The position numbers and the translations under genes were made by a program. Shown piece by piece: positions 41,001 through 48,466 of a DNA stretch of 48,466 nucleotides; the stretch's first letter is position 1, and the number at the start of each line of letters is the position of its first letter. Below the pieces are notes generated by a model. It saw only the letters and a list, made by a program, of their open reading frames with translations. It made no database searches and was not told the DNA's origin. Where the stretch lies: sequence record SRR22947727_3407; one strand, given 5' to 3'.

Positions 41001-42158
41001 ATGGCGGGGCCAGCTCTCGCCCAGAAGCCGCTCGCTATCGGCCCCCTGGAGCTTGACGTCCCCGTTGTGCTGGCTCCTATGGCCGGAATTACCAACACCG
41101 CCTTTCGCAGACTCTGTCGCGAGTATGGCGCTGGTCTCTATGTCAGCGAGATGATTACCAGTCGGGCTCTGGTGGAGCGAACACCCACCAGCATGCGACT
41201 GATCAAGCACCACGAGTCCGAAACTCCCCGGAGTATTCAGCTCTATGGAGTGGAACCCACCACCATTTCGGAGGCAATCCGGTTTCTCGTCGATGAGGAT
41301 CGCTGCGACCACATCGACCTGAACTTTGGTTGCCCGGTTCCGAAAGTGACGAGAAAAGGTGGGGGAGCGGCTCTGCCGTGGAAGCGCAGCTTGTTTCGCG
41401 ACATTGTGGAGAGCGCCGTCAAGGCTGCAGGAGACATTCCGGTCACCATCAAGATGCGCAAAGGCATCGACGATAACCATCTGACCTTCCTCGAGGCCGG
41501 TAAAGCAGCGGAAGGTGCGGGAGTGGCCTCGATTGCTCTGCACGCCCGGACTGCCTCTCAGTTCTATTCCGGCCACGCCGATTGGGACGCCATCGGGGAG
41601 CTCAAGTCGAAGATTTCGGGTGTTCCGGTGCTCGGCAACGGCGATATTTGGAGTGCGGAAGACGCACTGGCCATGGTGAAGCAGAGCGAATGCGATGGCG
41701 TGGTGGTGGGGCGCGGTTGTCTGGGCCGCCCCTGGCTTTTTGGCGACCTGCAGGCAGCATTCAAGGGTGAGGGCCTCCGTATTCGTCCGGGGCTCGGAGC
41801 TGTTGCCCAGGCGTTTCGTCGCCACGCGGAGTTACTGGTCGAGTTTTTCGACGGCGATGAAGATCGTGCGTGCCGGGATATTCGCAAACACGTCGCCTGG
41901 TATTTCAAGGGCTACCCGGTTGGGGGAGAAGTCCGCGCCCGTCTCGCGACGGTGGAGTCCCTGCAGCAGATGGATGATTTCCTGGGTGAACTGGATTGGT
42001 CTGCCCCCTATCCCGCAGAAGGCGTGGAAGGCCCCCGCGGGCGCCAGGGATCACCCAAGAAGGTTGCTCTTCCCGAACATTGGCTCCAGAGCCAAGAGTT
42101 GAGCGCCAGTGAGCGGGACAACCTGCGCATGGCGGAGGTGGATTCCAGTGGCGGCTAA
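41001..42158 (+). CDS. dusB: tRNA-dihydrouridine synthase B
   Basis: LAPMAG, IDLNFGCPVPKV, LHARTA, GNGDI, VVGRG. Confidence 0.94.
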   Translation: MAGPALAQKPLAIGPLELDVPVVLAPMAGITNTAFRRLCREYGAGLYVSEMITSRALVERTPTSMRLIKHHESETPRSIQLYGVEPTTISEAIRFLVDEDRCDHIDLNFGCPVPKVTRKGGGAALPWKRSLFRDIVESAVKAAGDIPVTIKMRKGIDDNHLTFLEAGKAAEGAGVASIALHARTASQFYSGHADWDAIGELKSKISGVPVLGNGDIWSAEDALAMVKQSECDGVVVGRGCLGRPWLFGDLQAAFKGEGLRIRPGLGAVAQAFRRHAELLVEFFDGDEDRACRDIRKHVAWYFKGYPVGGEVRARLATVESLQQMDDFLGELDWSAPYPAEGVEGPRGRQGSPKKVALPEHWLQSQELSASERDNLRMAEVDSSGG

Positions 42159-43362
42159 GACCTATTCCGACTTCGATCGTGAACGTTTTGTTCCCGAGAC
42201 ACATTCTTCTACCCGCAGTGATTTTGCGAGAGATCGGGGTCGCCTTCTCCATTCCTCAGCGCTTCGACGCTTAGCCGCCAAAACCCAGGTCCTCTCGCCC
42301 ACGGCCGGCCTGGATTTTGCGAGAAACCGGCTCACCCATTCGCTGGAGGTCGCACAAATTGGGCGAGAGTTAGCGAATCGCCTGGGAGTGGACGCTGACG
42401 TGGTGGAGACTGCGTGTCTCGCCCATGACCTGGGTCATCCCCCCTTTGGTCACAACGGTGAAAAAGCGCTGTCAGAGTGGGCAACGGAGTGTGGTGGTTT
42501 TGAGGGAAACGCGCAGTCCTTTCGTCTACTCGTGAGGCTCGAGCCCAAAGCGGTTGACACCACCGGTGTTCCTCGGGGGCTGAACCTGACCAGAACGAGC
42601 TTGCTCGCGAGCATTAAGTACCCCTGGAGCGCCGAGACTCCCGAAATTGACCCCAGTGGTCGGGCAAAGTTTGGCGTGTATGCCGATGATCAGGATGTCT
42701 TTGAGTGGGCTCGGCAAGGGCTTCCTCCTCGCAGGCTCACCATTGAAGCCGAGATTATGGACTTCTCCGATGACGTGGCCTATTCGGTGCATGACTTCGA
42801 GGACGCCATCGTCAATGGGTACCTTGACCCGGCTGCTCTGGCCTCTGAGAAGGATCGGCGCGACATCCTGCATGACATGGCGACCTGGGTGGGCACAGCC
42901 TCACCGGATTCCCTCGTGGCTGCTTGGGAGCGACTAGCCAGCGTTCCCGGTTGGGTGAGCAGTTTCCAGCCCTCCAGGGCACAGCTTGCGTCTCTCAAAA
43001 ACCTCACCAGCACGCTCATTGGGCGATTCGCGCTCACCGCCAGTGTGGAAACTATCGATGGTCTTGAGTCACTCCAGGTGCCAAGCGAAACCCGCGACGA
43101 GATCGCGTTGCTGAAAGGCCTCGTGGCAGTCCATGTGATGTCACACACCGCTCGTCAGCCGATTTATCACCACCAGCGTGATGTGATCAAAGCACTTGCA
43201 ACCGCACTGGCGAAGGATCCCCACCTGATGGACGCTGTATTTCAGGCCGACTACATGGCAACTTCCTCCGATTCGGGACGTCAGAGGGTTGTGGTCGACC
43301 AGGTGGCCTCGTTGACCGATCAGTCAGCCATGTCGCTCTATGAGCGGCTCGGTCTCTCCTAG
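42148..43362 (+). CDS. dgt: Deoxyguanosinetriphosphate triphosphohydrolase (HD domain)
   Basis: RRLAAKTQV, RLTHSLEVAQ, AHDLGHPPFGHNGE, FEGNAQ, KYP, DDVAYSVHDFED. GTG 42148 follows GGAGG. Confidence 0.93.
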   Translation: MAAKTYSDFDRERFVPETHSSTRSDFARDRGRLLHSSALRRLAAKTQVLSPTAGLDFARNRLTHSLEVAQIGRELANRLGVDADVVETACLAHDLGHPPFGHNGEKALSEWATECGGFEGNAQSFRLLVRLEPKAVDTTGVPRGLNLTRTSLLASIKYPWSAETPEIDPSGRAKFGVYADDQDVFEWARQGLPPRRLTIEAEIMDFSDDVAYSVHDFEDAIVNGYLDPAALASEKDRRDILHDMATWVGTASPDSLVAAWERLASVPGWVSSFQPSRAQLASLKNLTSTLIGRFALTASVETIDGLESLQVPSETRDEIALLKGLVAVHVMSHTARQPIYHHQRDVIKALATALAKDPHLMDAVFQADYMATSSDSGRQRVVVDQVASLTDQSAMSLYERLGLS

Positions 43363-43423
43363 GTTCTTCACACCTCCGTTGTCACCCGATGTGTCACAGG
43401 CGCTGTCTAACTAGACTGGCGAT

Positions 43424-45277
43424 GTGGCGGGGTTGATTAAGCGCGGAGACATCGATGAGGTGCGCCAGCGCGTCAACATCGCCGATGTCGTGGGTGATTA
43501 TGTGACCCTCAAGTCCGCAGGTGTTGGCTCGATGAAGGGGCTATGCCCGTTTCATGATGAGCGAAGCCCTAGTTTTCACGTTCGCCCTCAAGCAGGGTTT
43601 TATCACTGCTTTGGCTGTGGAGAGGGCGGAGATGCTTACAGCTTTCTGCAGAAGATCGATCACCTGAGTTTTCAAGAGGCTGTAGAGCGTCTTGCCGAGC
43701 GGGTTGGGTACCAGCTGACCTATGAGGACGGCAGTGGGGGCGCTCCCGCTGGCAATCGAGCACGCCTGTATGCCGCCAACCAGGCAGCAGAAAAGTTCTT
43801 CCGGGAGCACTTGGGGAAGCCAGAAGCAGAACTGGGGAGGGCTTTTCTGGGGGAGCGCGGCTTCGATGCTCTCGCGGCGGAGCGTTTTGGGGTGGGCTAT
43901 GCGCCCGCGTCCTACGATGCGCTCTCCAAACACCTCGTTGCAGCGGGTTTCACCATTCAGGAGCTCCTGGATGCGGGGCTGGTCTCCCAGGGAGACCGAG
44001 GCGTCTACGACCGTTTCCGAGGGCGACTGGTGTGGCCTATTCGAGACGTGACGGGTCAAACCATTGGGTTCGGGGCAAGAAAGCTGCGTGAGGACGATCA
44101 GGGCCCGAAATACCTGAACACCCCGGAGACTGCGGTGTATCACAAGTCCCGTGTTCTCTATGGTTTGGATCTCGCCAAGCGCGATATCGCCAAGCAGCGA
44201 CAGGTCGTCATCGTCGAGGGTTATACCGACGTGATGGCGTGTCATCTGGCCGGAATTACCACCGCTGTGGCGACCTGTGGCACAGCATTCGGTGGAGACC
44301 ACGTCACCGTGGTGCGCAGAGTCCTCGGGGACTCCGACGACCCTGCACAAGCCACGAAAGGCGAGGTAATCTTCACCTTCGACCCTGATGAGGCAGGCCA
44401 GAAGGCAGCGTCACGGGCCTTTGCCGAAGAATCCCGTTTTGCGGCACAGACATTTGTTGCCGTTCCTCCAGAAGGCCTGGACCCCTGCGATGTGCGCATC
44501 ACAAAGGGTGATGAAGCCCTTCGAGAGGTGATTGCGCATCGCCGACCGATGTATGAATTCATGATCAAGCAGGTGATGAACCAGTGTGACTTGAACACCG
44601 TGGAAGGTCGAACGCTGGCGCTGCGGGCAGCAGCCCCCGTGGTCTCCAAGATTAGAGACCGAGTAATCCGAGACGGCTATGCAAGGGAATTGGCGGGATG
44701 GCTGGGGATGAACCCCGATGATGTCCTGCGAGAGATTCGGGCTGGAGCCACAAACACCACTCCAGCAACATCACCGACAGCCCCTGCGCCAGAGGGCGAT
44801 AAGCCCTACACGATGGAGTCACTCTCCAAGGACCCCGTCACCACTCTGGAAAGAGACGTGTTGATGGTGTTGCTCCAACACCCTGATGTCGTTCCCGCCG
44901 AGCGTGCCACCGCGGTCTTATCGACTCAGTTCTCCCACGCAGCACTTGCCTTAGTGCGTGATGCCATGCTCTCGGTCTTTGATAAGTACCAGGATGGCGC
45001 ATGGGTGTCTCGAGTGACCGCGGAGACCCCTGAAGCCCTACAGCCCCTCGTGGGACAGCTCTCCGTCGCTCCACTGCCAGAAAGCAAAGCTCAAACGGAG
45101 CGGTATTGCCTCGGCGTCACAGCGACGCTCTTGGACCGAGATTTGCTCCGCCAAAAAGCCGAATTGATGAGCACTCTCCAACGCACCGATGCCGCTGCCG
45201 ACCCTGCGGGACATCGCGTGGTGCAGGAGCAGTTAGTGACCATTGAAGCTCAGCGACGAGCGTTACGCGACGAGTAA
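43424..45277 (+). CDS. dnaG: DNA primase
   Basis: CHC2 zinc finger CPFHDE..CFGC, DRFRGR, KYLNTPET, Toprim VEGYTDV, FDPDEAG. TAGACT-N6-GTG promoter. Confidence 0.97.
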   Translation: MAGLIKRGDIDEVRQRVNIADVVGDYVTLKSAGVGSMKGLCPFHDERSPSFHVRPQAGFYHCFGCGEGGDAYSFLQKIDHLSFQEAVERLAERVGYQLTYEDGSGGAPAGNRARLYAANQAAEKFFREHLGKPEAELGRAFLGERGFDALAAERFGVGYAPASYDALSKHLVAAGFTIQELLDAGLVSQGDRGVYDRFRGRLVWPIRDVTGQTIGFGARKLREDDQGPKYLNTPETAVYHKSRVLYGLDLAKRDIAKQRQVVIVEGYTDVMACHLAGITTAVATCGTAFGGDHVTVVRRVLGDSDDPAQATKGEVIFTFDPDEAGQKAASRAFAEESRFAAQTFVAVPPEGLDPCDVRITKGDEALREVIAHRRPMYEFMIKQVMNQCDLNTVEGRTLALRAAAPVVSKIRDRVIRDGYARELAGWLGMNPDDVLREIRAGATNTTPATSPTAPAPEGDKPYTMESLSKDPVTTLERDVLMVLLQHPDVVPAERATAVLSTQFSHAALALVRDAMLSVFDKYQDGAWVSRVTAETPEALQPLVGQLSVAPLPESKAQTERYCLGVTATLLDRDLLRQKAELMSTLQRTDAAADPAGHRVVQEQLVTIEAQRRALRDE

Positions 45278-46269
45278 TGGCGATTCAACACCAGGAGTGG
45301 AGTGGCGACTCCCGAACCCACCCGGCCCTGAAGGGCGGTCCGGTGTCGATGGAGCCTTTCACCACAGAGATGTTCACAGAGGCGGTCATCCAGGGCGGTG
45401 GTTCACTCCAGCCACTCGATCACACAACCAAGGGCTTGCTGTGGGTGAGCCCCAGTGGCGCCGAAGAACTCCAGGAGATTCTTGACCGCTATCCCGGAAT
45501 CGAATGGGTTCAGCTTCCCTGGGCTGGTGTTGATGCTTTCGCGTCTGTCCTGGCGGGTATCGCAGCGAAGCCACAGAATGCTCGACCCGTGGTCACGTCA
45601 GCGAAGGGGGCCTATTCAGAGCCTGTCGCAGAACACGCTCTGGCGTTGCTCCTTGGCACCATGAGAGAACTGCCGAGTAAGGCTCGTGATGCGCGCTGGC
45701 AAGGCGAGCGAACAGGCCTCTCACTGTTCGGTCGACACATCGTCCTTTTAGGTGCCGGAGGGGTAGCACGGGCTTTCCTCGACGTAGTGGCGCCTTTTCG
45801 TCCGCGGGTAACCGTCGTGCGGCGAAGTAGCGGTGATGTGCCGGGTGCAACCACGACCGTTTCACCCGAGCACCTCCATGAGGTCCTCCCGAATGCCGAT
45901 GCGGTAGTGGTTGCCGCCGCGGCGACGAGCCAGACTGCTCACGTCATCGGTGAGAGAGAGCTTGCGCTGATGCCCCCTCACGCGGTGCTCGTCAATATTG
46001 CTCGAGGTTCGCTGGTGGATGCTGACGCAGTCCTGAAAGCTGTGGCGTCCGGAGGCCTATTTGGTGCGGGATTGGACGTGATGGACCCTGAACCCTTCCC
46101 CGATGATCACCCCATCTGGCAGGAGAAGAGGATTGTGATCACGTCACACTCTGCCGACACTCCTCAGATGACGGCGCCACTGCTGGCGAGGCGGATTAGC
46201 GCCAATGTGGCCTGCTACGTTGCGGGTGCGGCGCTCGCCGGTGTTGTCGATGTTGAGGCTGGCTACTAG
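45277..46269 (+). CDS. D-isomer-specific 2-hydroxyacid dehydrogenase family protein
   Basis: WVQLPWAGVD, LGAGGVA, VNIARG, GLDV..PEP, ITSH. Confidence 0.88.
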   Translation: MAIQHQEWSGDSRTHPALKGGPVSMEPFTTEMFTEAVIQGGGSLQPLDHTTKGLLWVSPSGAEELQEILDRYPGIEWVQLPWAGVDAFASVLAGIAAKPQNARPVVTSAKGAYSEPVAEHALALLLGTMRELPSKARDARWQGERTGLSLFGRHIVLLGAGGVARAFLDVVAPFRPRVTVVRRSSGDVPGATTTVSPEHLHEVLPNADAVVVAAAATSQTAHVIGERELALMPPHAVLVNIARGSLVDADAVLKAVASGGLFGAGLDVMDPEPFPDDHPIWQEKRIVITSHSADTPQMTAPLLARRISANVACYVAGAALAGVVDVEAGY

Positions 46270-46327
46270 CCTGGGAGGGCGAAAACGGCCCGTGCTGCTC
46301 TGGTAGCATCGTGGCTTAGCGTCGTAA

Positions 46328-46400
46328 TCCTCGATAGCTCAATTGGCAGAGCAACCGGCTGTTAACCGGTAGGTTCTTGGTTCGAGTCCAAGTCGAGGAG
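46328..46400 (+). tRNA. tRNA-Asn(GTT)
   Basis: Acceptor TCCTCGA/TCGAGGA, D-arm GCTC/GAGC, anticodon arm ACCGG-CTGTTAA-CCGGT, T-arm CTTGG-TTCGAGT-CCAAG. CCA is not encoded. Extended -10 TGG-TAGCAT at 46301-46309. Confidence 0.96.
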
Positions 46401-46442
46401 CAACTATCCTCCTCGCCGAGAAATGCCCACAGAAAGGGACTC

Positions 46443-47351
46443 ATGTCAGACTTTCTGGCAACACAGTCCACGTGGTTGGTTCCCACACTGGTGGGGTTAT
46501 TGGTCGTGGCACTCGGCCTCGTGGTGTGGCTTGCACTGCGTGTGCGGTCCACATCGGGGGTGTCCCACGCGTCAGCCGACGACGTGTTTGACGACTATGT
46601 CGAGAAGTCCGAGCTGGAAGTGAAGCTTGCCGAGCAGGCAGATCGCATGCGGGTGATCAGCGAGGTTCATGATGCTGCAGCAGCAACCCTGACAAGCCTG
46701 ATATCTCAGGCCGAGGGAGCCAAATTCACGGCAGTGTCCGACCCTCAAGTGGCGTCGCGCGCCGCAGAAGCTATTGCGGACTCTGCTCGGGCGGTGCTCA
46801 GCGACATTCGACGGGTCGTCAATGTGTCTCGTGATGGGGCGGAGGAAGTTGCTAATCTGCCGAGCCTCGTGTCCATCCATGACCTGTTCGAAGCCATGAA
46901 TGAGTCAGGAATCACCGTCAAGTTTGAAGAAAGTGGTGAGCCCTTCTCGATCACCCCCAGCGCAGAACTCGCCATCTTCCGAATCCTGCAAGAAAGCCTC
47001 AACAACACCAGGGCTCACGGGGGTCCTGGGACTACCGTGAAAGTGGGGATGAGCTGGAGCGGGCAAGGATTGCACGTGCGGGTCGATGACGACGGTATTC
47101 GCGCGAGGCGCCGCTTTATGTCCCCCGATGATGCCGGGTACACGATTGAGGATGACCAGGCGGCCCTCGTCGAAATTCTCGCGGGGCGAGGCATGAAAGA
47201 GATGCAGACGCGCACCGAGACCTTCGGTGGCGTTTTCTCGGCTCACCGAGTCCCCGGCGTGGGGTTCAGCGTCTCGGCAGCGTTCCCCACTCTCAAGTTC
47301 CACAATGGTGTTCATGGGGTGAACACGCAGAGCTCGGGGTCCAGTGACTGA
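46443..47351 (+). CDS. Orphan sensor histidine kinase (HisKA_3/NarX-like) with one N-terminal TM helix
   Basis: H-box ISEVHD, N-box RILQESLNNTRAHG, G1 VDDDG, G2-like GRGMKEM, GFSVSAAFP. Confidence 0.85.
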   Translation: MSDFLATQSTWLVPTLVGLLVVALGLVVWLALRVRSTSGVSHASADDVFDDYVEKSELEVKLAEQADRMRVISEVHDAAAATLTSLISQAEGAKFTAVSDPQVASRAAEAIADSARAVLSDIRRVVNVSRDGAEEVANLPSLVSIHDLFEAMNESGITVKFEESGEPFSITPSAELAIFRILQESLNNTRAHGGPGTTVKVGMSWSGQGLHVRVDDDGIRARRRFMSPDDAGYTIEDDQAALVEILAGRGMKEMQTRTETFGGVFSAHRVPGVGFSVSAAFPTLKFHNGVHGVNTQSSGSSD

Positions 47352-48069
47352 CGAGTCTCAGGCCGCCCATAACCGTCGCGCGCGGTCACAGGGAGTCCAG
47401 GTTGCATTGGCCGTCTCGCTCTATGGCATTTCATTTGGTGCGCTGGCGGTGGCGTTAGGCTTCAGCGTCTGGCAGACCATGGTGCTCAGCCTCCTCATGT
47501 TTTCGGGGGCATCGCAGTTCGCTTTCATTGGGATCATTGGCACCGGGGGAGTCGCCGCTGCTGGTGCCGCGATAGCTTCTGCTGGTCTCCTAGGGATCCG
47601 AAACGGTCTCTATGCTCTCCGAATGTCTCCTCTCGTGGGGCCGGGTTTCTGGAAGAGAGCACTTGCCGGGCACCTGACAGTGGATGAAAGCACGGCTGTC
47701 GGAGTTTCTCAGACCGACCAAGAATCCGCGAGGCACGGTTTCTGGACCACCGCGCTCGTGTTGTACGCGGGATGGAATCTTGCAACCCTGGTGGGCGCAC
47801 TGGCGGGCGATGCGCTCGGTGATGTTCGCACCTGGGGTCTTGACGCCATGGCTGCGGCTGCGTTCTTGGGGCTCCTGTGGCCCCGCCTCGTCTCCAAGGA
47901 GCCGATTGCGGTTGCTGTTGCGGCAGCTGCGGTCACGGTCGTGCTCATCCCCGTGGTTCCGGCAGGTATCCCGGTTCTGGCCGCCGCGGCGGTAGGGATT
48001 GTCTTGGCGATATATCGCCATAGAGTCGCGCCACACGAGCCTGCTCCGACCGATAGGGGAGATTCGTGA
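47344..48069 (+). CDS. azlC: AzlC-family branched-chain amino acid exporter subunit
   Basis: YGISFGAL, SLLMFSGASQFA, RNGLY, TVDES, WGLDA. Confidence 0.9.
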   Translation: MTDESQAAHNRRARSQGVQVALAVSLYGISFGALAVALGFSVWQTMVLSLLMFSGASQFAFIGIIGTGGVAAAGAAIASAGLLGIRNGLYALRMSPLVGPGFWKRALAGHLTVDESTAVGVSQTDQESARHGFWTTALVLYAGWNLATLVGALAGDALGDVRTWGLDAMAAAAFLGLLWPRLVSKEPIAVAVAAAAVTVVLIPVVPAGIPVLAAAAVGIVLAIYRHRVAPHEPAPTDRGDS

Positions 48070-48380
48070 CGGTGTGGATTGCCCTCATCGCCGCTGGGCT
48101 GGTGGTCTGGGCACTGAAGAACCTGGGCTACCTGGTCCCTCCTCGGTTTGTCGAGGGTGCACTGATGACGCGAGTTGCGGGGCTCGTGACCGTCGCGCTT
48201 CTTGCCTCGCTGGTGGTATCCCAAATGTTGCAAACTGGAATGGGCGTCGGCCTTGATGCAAGGGTGCCTGCGGTCGGAGTTGCAGCGATTCTGCTCTATT
48301 TCCGAGCACCGTTTCTAGTTGTCTTGCTGGCAGCAGGCGCAGTGGCGGCAGGCTTACGCTTCTTCGGCCTCATGGTCTGA
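48066..48380 (+). CDS. azlD: AzlD-family small exporter subunit
   Basis: LKNLGYLVP, VALLASLV, RAPFLVV. GTGA overlap with azlC. Confidence 0.88.
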   Translation: MTVWIALIAAGLVVWALKNLGYLVPPRFVEGALMTRVAGLVTVALLASLVVSQMLQTGMGVGLDARVPAVGVAAILLYFRAPFLVVLLAAGAVAAGLRFFGLMV

Positions 48381-48466
48381 CTCGAAATCATCCACACCGG
48401 GTAGCCAGGATTGACCGGGGGCATCAAAGCCTTCAGCTCGAATTTCCTTCCGCGCGGTTCTCTTCA

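Noticed and set aside
43380..43417. TGTCAC direct repeat upstream of dnaG as an MtrA/GlnR box or PafBC (RecA-NDp) promoter
   Set aside because: The repeat period is 12 bp rather than 11, and the spacing to TAGACT does not fit TGTCGG-N10-TANNNT.
46328..48466. Genomic island integrated at tRNA-Asn (or at tRNA-Ala at the window start)
   Set aside because: No integrase, no duplicated tRNA 3' end and no obvious compositional shift in the window.
48433..48466. Possible 3' end of a minus-strand gene (...EENRAEGNSS*)
   Set aside because: Too short at the window edge to support a call.

Overview
High-GC actinobacterial chromosome segment. Protein style and gene order suggest Microbacteriaceae, possibly a streamlined aquatic lineage (inference). 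It is densely packed, mostly housekeeping: 3' end of tRNA-Ala, pdxH, LLM oxidoreductase, rhodanese lipoprotein, App1-like phosphatase, TetR, Opu/ProU-type ABC transporter, dedA, divergent pabC/pabB-like pair, leuS-comEA-comEC-holA, rpsT, lepA, a ribF-MFS-deoR-deoC-aldH-aldH'-truB block, hemW-hrcA-dnaJ-rsmE-hit-phoH-ybeY-CNNM-era, leuA with a Leu leader peptide, recO-uppS-glyQS-dusB-dgt-dnaG, a 2-hydroxyacid dehydrogenase, tRNA-Asn, an orphan histidine kinase and azlCD. I see no mobile element, CRISPR array, prophage or defence island, and no clearly new multi-gene system. The best leads are regulatory or architectural: a structured rpsT 5' leader, interlocked back-to-back leaderless promoters in a 12-bp gap, a CsoR/CstR-type operator on an exported rhodanese, a possibly circularly permuted 8-kb block between lepA and hemW, a split ALDH16-like pair, and an orphan kinase coupled to azlCD behind tRNA-Asn. 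All calls come from reading motifs by eye; no searches were run.
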